Positions 52,926-64,000 of a DNA stretch of 64,000 nt are shown here, piece after piece. The translations under genes were made by a program, and so were the position numbers. Below the pieces are notes generated by a model. It did not search any database. It was not told where the DNA came from and worked only from the letters and a program-made list of their open reading frames with translations. Origin of the DNA: Octopus sinensis (taxonomy: Eukaryota); NCBI RefSeq assembly GCF_006345805.1, contig NC_043001.1:36084001-36148000 (forward strand). Direction: 5' to 3'. Within the stretch, counting starts at the first letter, position 1, and each line of letters starts with the position of its first letter.

Positions 52926-54086
52926 GGTCCGGACCTCCAAATGGAGAACTGGAACGAGATAACGAGTAGGGTGGTCACTCTCGCCCAGCAATGGGCCGAG
53001 AGGAAACTGTCCCTAAAAGGTCGGGCGGAGGTGGTGAACGCGTACATCGCGTCCATCATCTACTACCGCCTGACCGTCGTACCTTGTCCCGACCCTACCA
53101 TCACCAAACTAGAACGCATCCTCTTCCGCTTCTTGTGGAAAGGATGCGTCCCGATGGTCAGGCGATCCATTTGCTGTCAACACCCGTTAAAAGGAGGGCT
53201 GGGCATGCCGTGGTTGATGATGCGCAGACACGCGCTGAGACTGCGACATCTCCGGCTCTATGTAGACGACGGTGAACAGTTGTGGTCGCCGTTTGTGAGG
53301 CACGCATTCCCGCAACTCGTCTCCATGACCGAACTACAGTCGTGGATCAAAAAGAGGCCGAGGAAGGGCGAATGGCACCGCGAGTGTCGCGTTGCTCTCA
53401 AGCAACTCTGCCGTCCCGGGTCGACCTTGAGTGACTTCAACACAACCAAAGCATTCTATAGGGGATTAGTGGAGGGGAGGTACGACGACGAGCTCGGGGC
53501 AAACCTGGGCGTCGACGAGGAATACCTGACCCGCCTGTTTCAAACGACTTTCGGCCCGGGACCTATGGACAACTTCCAGAGATCCCTGGCCTGGCGGTGC
53601 TACCGAGAAGCGCTACCCGTTCGGGATAAGCTCTATAGGCATGGCTCGAGAAACACGGGGCCGACCTGCCCGAGATGCGGTCAGAGCGACGAAATCGCTC
53701 TGCACGCAATCGTGCAGTGTCCAGCAATTTCCGACCTGTGGGCTTATGTCGAACGACTGCTGTCACGTGTGGGACGTGTCGGTTTATCAGCCGAGTCTAT
53801 CGTTAATATCGTCACGCCTCCTTCCTTCAAACGGGAAGGAAGAGCTATTTTTATCATACTTGTGGCTATGGCGAAAGAATGTATCTGGTGGACGCGCCTG
53901 AAAGGATTAGAGACAAACACTTTCCTCTCTGGTCAATCTCTCATCAACTTCTTCAAGTATCACTTGAAGAGGAAAGTGAGAGTAGAGAGGCAAGTTTTGT
54001 CTAGTGAATGTTTTAAAAAAAGATGGGTGAATGTAGCAAGGATGGCACGTATGAATGACGAAGCCACCTTGACTATGATTCTATGA
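52926..54086 (+). CDS. ORF2 C-terminal fragment (post-RT region and CCHC zinc knuckle), 386 aa, no internal stop
   Basis: LSLKGRAEVVN..IASIIYY, FLW, GGLG and CPRCGQSDEIALHAIVQC are typical of L1/Tx1 ORF2. Confidence 0.88.
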   Translation, partial: GPDLQMENWNEITSRVVTLAQQWAERKLSLKGRAEVVNAYIASIIYYRLTVVPCPDPTITKLERILFRFLWKGCVPMVRRSICCQHPLKGGLGMPWLMMRRHALRLRHLRLYVDDGEQLWSPFVRHAFPQLVSMTELQSWIKKRPRKGEWHRECRVALKQLCRPGSTLSDFNTTKAFYRGLVEGRYDDELGANLGVDEEYLTRLFQTTFGPGPMDNFQRSLAWRCYREALPVRDKLYRHGSRNTGPTCPRCGQSDEIALHAIVQCPAISDLWAYVERLLSRVGRVGLSAESIVNIVTPPSFKREGRAIFIILVAMAKECIWWTRLKGLETNTFLSGQSLINFFKYHLKRKVRVERQVLSSECFKKRWVNVARMARMNDEATLTMIL

Positions 54087-54447
54087 ACCATAAAAATTAA
54101 TACAGAGAGTTGCTTATTTGCAAAAAAAAAAAAAAGAAATATAACATGTGACTTCATTGACCGAGGTTACCGTGGTCTTTTCCGTAGGCTTTTCTTTCCA
54201 CGGGTAAACCTCACCTGTCCTCCCCTTTACACTTCATATTGACATTTCTGTGATAACGATCCCTATTATTCATTTTTTTTCTCCTCCCCCCTTTTTTTAA
54301 CCCCTCCCCTTTTTTTGTCCTTTTTCTTTCCTTTTACGATCCCTTTTGATCGAAAACCACCACTCTCCTTTTTTTACCCCCAAAAGAAAAGCTCTACCTT
54401 GTAATTTGTTCTATCTGTGTGCAGCCCTGTGTGGCTAATAAAGAAAC
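52926..54447 (+). mobile_element. 5'-truncated Tx1/L1-clade non-LTR retrotransposon inserted in (ATCT)n
   Basis: Open ORF2 C-terminal half plus ~360-bp 3' UTR ending AATAAAGAAAC; (TCTA)n at both junctions. Confidence 0.92.
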
Positions 54448-54979
54448 ATATCTATCTATCTATCTATCTATCTATCTCCTTCCTTCTCTTATATTAAGCT
54501 CTTTTTCTCACGCTAAACTTTAGAAACTATAACCATACTCAATTTCTCATCCTCAACAATATTCTTAGATCATTCCACATTTATCATTCTTTCACTATAA
54601 TGTTCATCTTTCCTTCAAAAATTTCTTTCTCTAGGAAATCTCTCTCTTTCTCTCTCTCTTCCTCCTTCTCCTCTCCCCCGCCACTTTCTTTATATTTCCC
54701 TCTGTCACCCTTTCTCTGGATTCAGGAACTGAAACAAGCAAATATATATTTAGTGATTTCAGTGACACGAATTTGGTTATACTGGGGTATCACTTTAATG
54801 GTTTTTTAATCGATCATAACAGCAGAAGTAATTGTTATAGACTGGTACTTATTTTATCAATCGATATAGTTAAGCATAAGTACATTCAAACAAACACGAA
54901 TACACACGTGCATGCACACCTTTGCACACACGAACGGACACGCTCTCATTATGTGTTTGTACTACGGACAGACAGACAG

Positions 54980-55052
<73 letters not shown>

Positions 55053-55513
55053 TGGTATGGCAGAGTGGTCAATGAGTAAGCCGTGTATTATTTGTTCTGC
55101 TGCTCTGAGTTCAAATCTTGCTGAGATGAACTTCCCCGTTTTACGCATTGAGATCAATAAAACCAGTGGACTGGCATAATTGTTAGAGCGTCGAACGATA
55201 TTATTTATCTGCAGTGTTTGTTCTATCTTCTTCTAATTCATCACCCTCCGAGTTCCTGGGTGGCATTTTTCAAGTGTCGCTTCGTTCAACACCAGTACCT
55301 GGTTCTCCCTGCGTACCTTTAAGGGAATTCACTTTGTTGCAAATATTCGTGCCTTCTGTTTCAGGATAATTTACTCCGTTCCTCCCGACAATATTGAAGG
55401 GGATGCATAAAATATACGGCCATACGCGTTGCCTTTCCCTCCTTGGCTAAACAATACTACACACACACACGCTAACACACACACTAACACATACATACAC
55501 ATGCGCGCGCTCA

Positions 55514-55720
55514 TCTATTATATAAAATCCGTTCTGTCTGTATGTGTGTGTGTCTTTTAGGGTCTCGGGCATCCTCCATCCGATTGAGCTCAAATTTGAT
55601 ATGTAGATACCGACGGTATCAGGGCGTGTATAAGTCTTGAAAAAATTACTATAATCGATTCCATGTGAGAATGCGATCGATAAAGCCGTGGCAACGTGCA
55701 TTTGTGCGCGCAAGTACATC
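55514..55720 (+). mobile_element. Probable Helitron 5' end
   Basis: A|TCTATTATATAAAA followed by ctgtctgtatgtgtg. 3' end uncertain (degenerate gctcgt near 55865). Confidence 0.45.
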
Positions 55721-56218
55721 AGTCGAAATCTGTCTTTTGCTGGTGTCTCAAATTTAGGTTAAATCAGTGTTTCTCAAAGGTGAGGCCTATGGGACGGTCG
55801 GACAAGTAGTTTCGAGAAAATTTGGTTTAAATGTTTGACAACTCGTTGGACGGGGGGCGTTTTGCTCGTACTAATATATAGTAATTAATTTTTAATGACA
55901 AGGAAATAAGCAGTCACGTAATCACCTTCATTAGCTTACAGACGGTTCGCCTATATGTAATTATGCGCAGAGAGTTGAGTATCTATGCGATATAGTACAG
56001 CTTCGTCAGAACCAATATTCATGCCTGAAGATATCACATGATATATACATAAATTACCGGAGCTTACTGACATACACAATGTACAACGGCGAGCGGAACA
56101 ACAACAATTATCATGATAATAATAATATGGGCCTCGTATAATTGTACCCTAGTGTCACTTTGATGGCATGCGCAGCCCTTCCACCCAATAATAATAATAA
56201 TAATAATAATTATTATTA

Positions 56219-56260
<42 letters not shown>

Positions 56261-56329
56261 GCTGTTGTTGTCATTGTTGTTGTGATGGTTATTTGAAGAA
56301 AACTCACAGCATATTTTGCTGGGTATGAT

Positions 56330-56766
56330 GGAAAGTGTCAGCTGTCCCCAACTGGACGAAATGTTTAGCGGTATTTCACCCGTGTCTACGTTCTGAGTTA
56401 AAATTCCGCAGAGGTCGACTTTACCTTTCATCCTTTCGGGGTCGATGAATTAAGTACCAGTTGTGTACTGGGGTCGATCTAATCAACTGCCCCCACCCCA
56501 CCTCCTCGAAAACTTCGGGCCTTGTTCCTAGAGTAGAAAAGAATATTTAAAGCGGCGAGCTGGCAGAATCGTTAGCACGCCGGGGGAAATGCTTAGCGGC
56601 ATTTCGTCCGTTTTTACGTTCTGAGTTCAAATTCCGTCGAGGTCGACTTTGCATTTCATCCTTTCAGGGTCGATAAATTAAGTACCAGTGAATCACTGGG
56701 GTCGATGTAATCGACTGCTCCCCTCCCACCAAAAATTTCAGGCCATGTGCCTTTTGTAGAAAGGAT
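56330..56766 (+). mobile_element. Two head-to-tail SINE family A copies within (ATT)n
   Basis: Second head agcggcgagctggcagaatcgttagc at 56551; (ATT)n on both outer sides. Confidence 0.88.
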
Positions 56767-57164
56767 AATATATAGCATATTATTATTATTATTATATTAT
56801 TATTATTATTATTGTTATTATTATTATATTATTATTATTATTATACTGCATTACATTACTATATATTCTATATATAGACTACTCGAAATTTTGCTTCAGA
56901 AAAATTATATCGAGTTGTGGTAAAGGAGTTAACCCACTTTTCTCCTTTCTTCTGTCTTTTTATCATTGTCAGCTTTTATTATTCTCCATTTAGTCACCCT
57001 TAATTGAGCATCCCTTTCATTTTACTCTATTCCTTCCATTTTTCTAATTGTTTTTTCTTTTCTCTCCCACTCTTTCAAAAGTTCCTGCTAATTTCTTCTC
57101 TCCCTTCTCCCCCACCCCTTATTCTTCCTCCCCTCTCTGTGTCGCCTCCTAAACTTACATATTA

Positions 57165-57554
57165 CTAGCAGTATCGCCCGGCTTTTCTCGGGTTTGTTTC
57201 GACCCTTTAGAATTGGAATTTTTGAAAAGTAAATATTTTGCATTATGTAGCTTGTTATTCTCTTTAAGTGAACATTTTTTGGTTGAAATACACCGTAAAA
57301 TGGCGACACAGCAGTAAAAAAAATCGTAAAAAATAGGGATTTTCATAGAAAAAAAGCACCTTTTTGATGTAAATAATTTTTGGTGTTAACATGGTCCGAT
57401 TTGAGATTTTTCTTCTATGGAAAAAAGAGCAAGCCTTCTTCTATCATACTCTCAATTTTGGTCAACTTGCGCCGCAGGGTCTCGGAGGAGATAGTGTTAG
57501 TTGAAGGCTACCAAACCTGCCATACACAGACAACTTCAGCATTATATATATAGA
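57165..57554 (-). mobile_element. Non-autonomous Helitron (same termini as 37920, different interior)
   Basis: A|CTAGCAGTATCGCCCG..CTCGGG at the left end; atatatataGA|T at the right end. Confidence 0.82.
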
Positions 57555-57845
57555 TTTAAACTCTATATAATCGTTCCAAGTTTTCAGTATAACAGCATTT
57601 AAACACCGTTTTCTAAGCGAAAAGTAGAAGCGATAAATCATCTTAGACACAGGACATTTGGCAACATAATGTACCTCACCCACAAATAGTTTGATACCTA
57701 CAGCTGACACATATATGTATCCTCTCTATGATGAAACATTTTCAGATGTGTTGAACTCAAACTAGGAATCAGTACTTCTCTTTTCGTTCACTCAACCATT
57801 TCACCTCTGTATTTATTTTAATGCGTTAGAGCCTGACGGGGGTGT

Positions 57846-58610
57846 AAAAGGCCTTTGGAGTTGTTGTAAGCTCACAAGCCGGTGACGAATGTCAAGGAGC
57901 GCTGTGTTTTTATTAGAAAGGTCGTGATTTTTCTTGGAAATAAAATATCTAAATTTGGTACAATATTTTTATTTTAAATATAGCAAAAGTCTCTGTCGGG
58001 ATTAGAATATGAGTAGAATGATGGGATCTTTTCGGTTTGAATGGCAGTTTTTCTAGCGGTGTCATATGAAATTGTCACCCATAATTATGACCCTAGTATC
58101 GATCTATTGCATTTCAATCTGTTTTAGGGTTAGGGGTGGGAGGAAGGGTATTTTTTTTCTTCACAAATGTAAATAAACCCAATCTGTTTCTTAAACGAGG
58201 GGCATATTCATACGGCACAGAATGTTTTTACCTCAATAGACGTCAGTGATTGGTTGAAATTGTAGAAATTGAAGAAAAAAAAACAACAAATATCTTACAA
58301 ACTATAGAATTTTCTCAATAAAGCCAAGAGAAAAAGATGTTTTATAAACACATTCTACCAGTATACGAAGTTTAAAATTTTTTAGTTACCTAGAAATTAT
58401 GTTAAAAACTGCCGTTCAAACCGAAAAGATCCAAAAGGCCTTTGGAGTCGTTGTAAGTTCACGAGCCGGCGACGAACGTCAAGGAGCGCTGTGTTTTTAT
58501 TAGAAAGGTCGTGGTTTTTCTCGGAAATAAAATATCTAAATTTGGTACAATATTTTTATTTTAGATACTGCAAAACTCTCTGTCGGGATTAGAATATGAG
58601 TAGAGTGATG
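57846..58610. repeat. 178-bp direct repeat (57846-58023; 58433-58610) abutting both MITE ends
   Basis: Both copies run aaaaggcc...gtgatg/atgatg, have the same length, and differ at about 12 positions. Confidence 0.93.
58024..58432. mobile_element. Second copy of the GG-ended MITE
   Basis: TIRs GGATCTTTTCGGTTTGAATGGCAG / CTGCCGTTCAAACCGAAAAGATCC; collinear with 16599-17024. Confidence 0.93.
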
Positions 58611-59476
58611 TATAATCAGTGAGCAGAAACATGACAGATGATACGCCAAGATCTAACATAATTTTATTACAAGCCCTTACCGTTAGTAATTTCTGCAAAT
58701 ATTTCACGGAGGGCACTAGTCCATGCAAATATCTAAATAGAAGCATATGCTGAATTGGATAATAATAAAACCATGCGGATAATAAATCAATGCACAAAAT
58801 TAATTCCTGCCCGATAAAAATAAACATCTGTTTAACGTTTTTTGAAGACATGAAGAATGGACGTTTGTGAAACACCATTCATTGAAAAGTAGCGCCGAAA
58901 TACAAATGGTTGATAACCACTGTTGTAAGAGGAAAAATAACCCATGAACATAGAAAACAAGTGGTGACAGATTATATTGAGTAAAAAACAGGTGATCCCA
59001 AATCAAGCAGGCCTATATCTAAAGGTATTCCAGCCGTGACCAACTCATCTTTATGTATAGCTAGAAGTAATATATCTAAAAGTGTTCTTCCCTTTATTTA
59101 AAATGATAGCGTGTGGACTGAGTGATTTGGCTCTTCTTTCTAACAGGTTTAGCAGCTAACTACGAGGAGTAAGAGCTAGGAGAAAAATGCTTGGAGCTAT
59201 TAAATGGCGATGAATGGCTGAATCAGTAAGGTCTTAACACAAAACACCCTGTAGCAATTGTTAGGTTTCTTACATTCTGAGTTCAAATCCCACCGAAGTC
59301 AATAAAATAAGCACCAACCAGGTACTGAATGTCGAAATAATTGCCAAGGAACTTCATAGTGTAGCACCAGCACACCAACAATCCAATGAATCAGATTAGT
59401 ATTGAAATAAAACAATATCTGTAAAATCTAGCCCTGAAACGCAGGTTACTGTCGCATTCAGAAACTGACAAAATAA

Positions 59477-59893
59477 GGCGCCGAGCTGGCAGAAACGTTA
59501 GCACGCCGGACGAAATGTTTAGCAGTATTTCGTCTGTCGCTACGTTCTGAGCTCAAATTCCGCCGAGGTCGACTTTGCCTTTCATCCCTTTCAGGGTCGA
59601 TTAAATAAGTACCAGTTACGCACTGGGGTCGATATAATCAGCTTAATCCGTTTGTCTGTCCTTGTTTATCCTCTGTGTGTTTAGCCCCTTGTGGGTAGTA
59701 AAGAAATAGGTATTTCGCTTGCCGCTACGTTCTGAGTTCAAATTCCGCCGAGGTCGACTTTGCCTTTCATCCCTTTCGGGGTCGATTAAATAACTACCAA
59801 TTACGCACTGGGGTCGATCTAATCGGCTTAATCCGTTTGTCTGTCTTTGTTTGTCCCCTCTGTGTGTCCCCCCTTGTGGGCAGTAAATAAATA
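59477..59893 (+). mobile_element. SINE family A dimer (full monomer plus 5'-truncated monomer), Tx1-like tails, one 16-bp TSD
   Basis: TSD AGAAACTGACAAAATA at 59460-75 and 59894-909. Confidence 0.88.
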
Positions 59894-60403
59894 AGAAACT
59901 GACAAAATATGCCCTCCACTTGGACGAGACATTCGTTACTACAGTAAGCAATTTTCCTAAGCTGTGATGCCTGTTATGAGAGAGTAAGTAAACTGAGGTA
60001 GTATGTACGACAGAAATATACTGATCACCGGTGATTTGAGCCAGTGAATGATGAGTTTTAGTTCAACAGCTCGTCTATTCAACCATTTCGCTGCAGCCGG
60101 AAGACGGAGGCAGGGAGAGGAGAACGAGGGAGGTAGAGAGAAGGAAAGAAGCAAGGGAGATGAATGTAATAAGTATGAGAAAACAGATGTAAATACAGAG
60201 AGGGAATGAGAGAAATGCGTGGTGGGGGAGGAAATGTTAGCAAGTTAGATAGATAGACTTACATACAGACATAATCCCTCATTCATCATCTTTCTAAATA
60301 TGTGTGGACAGTGTGTGTGCGTGTGTGTAAACATGATTACACACACAAACACACACACACAAACACACACACACACACAAACACACATACAAATACATAC
60401 ACA

Positions 60404-60441
<38 letters not shown>

Positions 60442-61664
60442 CTATATGAAATTAATTGATAAAAGTACTGCTTGGAGTTTCATGTACGTAAGGCAGACAT
60501 ACGATCGCTGAAGTAATATTTGGTGAAGCGATGAATGATTGAAACAATTTTCGCGTCGCGGCAGCGCACCATCTGGGCAACTTTGCAGCAAGTCAAGATT
60601 ATAGCTGGCTGGACTGCTATGGTTTTAAGAAAACCTCTGGATCCAGATCTCGAATCATCAATAGACAACAATTGCATCGGTATGTTTCCAGATGAATTGG
60701 GAAACGAATGTGAAATTTTTGTTGTTCCTTGATACGGAGTAATATGTATGTTAATAATCACGGTTTTGAAGGTGTTTGTAGTGAGTCCGTGAAATCCTAT
60801 CGATACTATCCCCACTTGTTATAGATGTTCGACTCGATATATTATTGCTTTTAAAAGACAGAATCTCATGAGATGATTGGTAGTGGGATTCCATACTTGC
60901 ACGCTTGATGTAGACACGGAGAGTGTGGATGTGTATGCAATCGGCCGTAGTGTCTGATGTACAGGAATAGCTAACGTTAACGTTATGCACGTTGAAATGT
61001 TAGGTGTTGTATTTGTTTGATGGTGAAAAATATCTTAAGAGAACTAAAAAGACTGTCGCTATATTTGTGGTAACGCTCAAGATGAATGCTGGATTAACTT
61101 AGGTTAACCTCCGCTTCCTACTGTATGCATACGGAGACGTTTATGTATACAAGCCTCTTATGAGAGCCACTACTATCTAACTACTTTATAGTATGATCTT
61201 GATAACGTCCAAGTGCGACATTAAATCAAAGTTTCTTCTCCAATACATTTCAATGAAAAATGTTCCTAATTATCTCTCGGCTGTAACAATTTACATCAAA
61301 CAGGAGTAAGGCTCTCAGGAGCGGTAAAGCAAAGCAAAAAATAGCAATGCACATATGTACACTCCAATTAAAATTTATAAAGTTGACATGAAAGAAGAAC
61401 TTATTTTACCTGCGTTACCTAACTGCTATTACGGAGTGAGCAGTGTGCGCGTGTATAGTTTTTTTTCTATCTTTATTAATTTGGTCTGGAGAATAGGATT
61501 GTATCCATATACATCATTACTTCAGATATTCTCTGTGTTAGCCTTTCATGAGTGTGTGTACATGGTTACGCATATATATGCATATGTGTAAACAGAACTG
61601 CGTAAAATGCAATTAACAATTTCTATCATATTGTATGTGTGATAATATTTATTTTTAAAAAAAC

Positions 61665-62050
61665 TGGCATTCCGTCGATTATGACAATAATTGTCCCAGT
61701 TGATCCGATCAATGGAACAACTTGCTTGTGAAATTAACATAGTTCTCAGGGGCATTCAGCGTGGCTCAGAATGTGACAAGGCTGGCCCAGTTAAATACAG
61801 TGAGATTGTGGGGCTTAGTGGTTAGGGTATTCGGCTCACGGTCGTATGGTCGTCGGTTCGATTCCAGGTGGTGCGTTGTGCCCTTGGACATGACTCTTTA
61901 CTTCAAGTTGCTTCAGTCCACTCACCTGGAAAAAATGAGTAGTACCTCTATTTTCAAAGGTCCAGCTTCGTCAAATCTATCTCACTGAATTTTCTAGAGA
62001 ACTACTTTAAGGGTACACACGTGTCTGTAGAGTGCTCAGTCACTTACCAG
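61665..62050. mobile_element. SINE family C: minus-strand tail fragment (61665-61795) back-to-back with a plus-strand copy (61803-62050)
   Basis: gttgatccgatcaatggaac (reverse-complement tail); ggcttagtggttaggg...ggttcgattcc head; gggtacacacgtgtctgt. Confidence 0.7.
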
Positions 62051-62115
62051 AGTAAGCACATAAATGTGAAACAAAGTAGAAAAAGTACTCTGACACTGGA
62101 GGTAGAGTATAGGTA

Positions 62116-62510
62116 TTGTTTCACTCATTGGACTGCGGCCATGCTGGGACACTGCATGGAAGGGTTTTGTCGCACAAACTGACCCTAGCATTTCTTTTCT
62201 TTTAAGCTAGGTACTTACTCTGTCGCTCTCTTTTGTCAAACCACTAAGTTATGATGACGTAACCAAACGAAAACCAGATGTTAAATGACGGTGGGGGACA
62301 ACACAAAAACACACACACAGACACACACGCACGTACGCAAGCACGCACACACACATGTATGTTTGTACATATATGCGATGGGCTTCTTTCAGTTTCCATC
62401 TACAAAACCCTCACACAAGGCTATAGCAGAAGACACTTGCCCGAAGTGCCACGCAGTAGGACTGACCATGTGGTTGGTGAAGCTAACTTTTTACGGCACA
62501 GCCACGCCTT
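62116..62510 (-). mobile_element. Decayed SINE family B
   Basis: gcggccatgctggg...gggcttctttcagtttcc...gcacagccacgcc. Confidence 0.8.
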
Positions 62511-62607
62511 GTTTCAAATCAATTAGAGCTTTCCCTAAGAAATTGCACTTTTCATCTGCTTGCTGCCATATTTCTTATTTGCCCCCGGACGGCATTTACC
62601 ACGTATG

Positions 62608-62651
<44 letters not shown>

Positions 62652-63890
62652 TATATTGTTTGCACAGATGTATATTATGACAACTGGAGGGATATAGAAA
62701 GAAAGAAGCAGAGAAAGTGGGGCTAGCTAGAAATAGACGTAGATATATACAGACACCCGTATGTTCCGTCTTTATTAAATATACATTTCTAATTTATGCA
62801 TGTGTATAAATAACACGCTGCTCATATATACGCATATATACACACATAGGCACACACACACACTCACACCACACACACACACACACACACACATACACAA
62901 GCATGCACACACATTAAGGAGAATAAGAAGAGAGAATCAAAAGAATAGAGAAAAAGCAACGAGACGGGAGAGGAATGGAGGGGACACGGAGCAGATGAAG
63001 GGGTTTTATGCATATGTGTGTGCGAGTGTGTACCTATGTATGTGTGTGTGTGTATGTGTGTGTCTATGTATGTGTGTGTGTGCCTATGTGTGTGTGTATG
63101 TGTATGTGTGTGTATGTGTGCCTATGTGTGTGTGTATGTGTGTGCCTATGTGTGTGTGTGTGCCTATATATATATATGTGTGTGTGTATGTGTGTGTGTA
63201 TTGTTATTCTCTTTGCTGTTGCCACTCCTTGCAGCCTTGTTCCTATATAATCCGACCATTTTTCAAGCCCCACCCCTCCGCCTTCGTAATGCCTATTGAT
63301 GATCTAAGTTTGCAGCTGTAACAACTGTGTGGTCCTTATTATTGTAATTCGTTTACAGTATGTACACACACACGTGTATACTTACACACACACACATACA
63401 CATATCTTCACACACATATATATATATATACATATATGCATACACATATATTCACATATATACATATATATTCACATATACATACATATATACCCACATA
63501 CACACACACATATACATATATATATATACTTATATATACATACATTTAATCGTATTTATATCTATGTAGCTATGTGATTAATTTTGAATATTTTCACGTG
63601 CGAACAATTAAGAAACATACAATCTGCTTGGTTGTGTAAACCAACTCCTGTGGCTAAAACCACAGGCCTCTCTCTGGTATATGACCTCGAGAAGAGCTCA
63701 ACAAATTCAATGAAGCCATCTGAGCTGGTCACTGTTTCCTACTACAAATGGGTCTCTGTAGTTTAAAATAAGTTATTTAGTTATTTATACAGAGATGTAC
63801 AATTGTATGTGAACGCGTATGAGCTAATTCATAATTAACCCATGTCCACAGTTTATAACTCTCATGCACATCCACGCATATATATATATA

Positions 63891-64000
63891 CTAGCATGTA
63901 CGCCCGGCGTTTGCTCAGTTTGGTAAGGGAAATCACTAAAAGCATTTTTAGAGAGTTATAGCCAAAAAATAGCAAAAAAATGGGAAAAAAAATGATGGTA
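63891..64000 (-). mobile_element. Helitron 3' end (37920 subfamily), runs off the window
   Basis: A|CTAGCATGTACGCCCGGCG...aagcatttttagagagttatagcc. Confidence 0.8.

Noticed and set aside
54121-54135. Poly(A) as the 3' end of the Tx1 element
   Set aside because: The homologous copy at 47948-48259 shows the element continues about 310 bp further.

Overview
AT-rich eukaryotic non-coding DNA, very dense in microsatellites and transposons, with one 100-N scaffold gap (36362-36461). The SINE families look like those of octopus/cephalopods; this is inferred from pattern recognition, not from a database search. No host protein-coding exon could be supported, and almost all ORFs in the supplied track are microsatellite artefacts. 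The protein-coding signal that is real comes from transposons: a young 5'-truncated Tx1/L1-clade LINE, an R4/Dong-type LINE 3' end, CR1 and RTE 3' ends, a decayed full-length mariner and a second mariner fragment. Non-coding elements include three tRNA-derived SINE families (called A, B, C here), non-autonomous Helitrons, a GG-ended MITE and a hAT left end. The most notable observations are: (1) a ~246-nt tandem repeat carrying hammerhead-ribozyme-like folds (Penelope/retrozyme-like), with a related monomer that has a canonical core; (2) a Tx1-type LINE whose three copies all sit in (GATA)n; (3) two SINE/LINE shared 3' tails; (4) a MITE abutted on both sides by an exact-length 178-bp direct duplication with one-sided CpG decay; (5) a 51-bp-arm near-perfect palindrome embedded in (TA)n. 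Coordinates of decayed SINEs are approximate.
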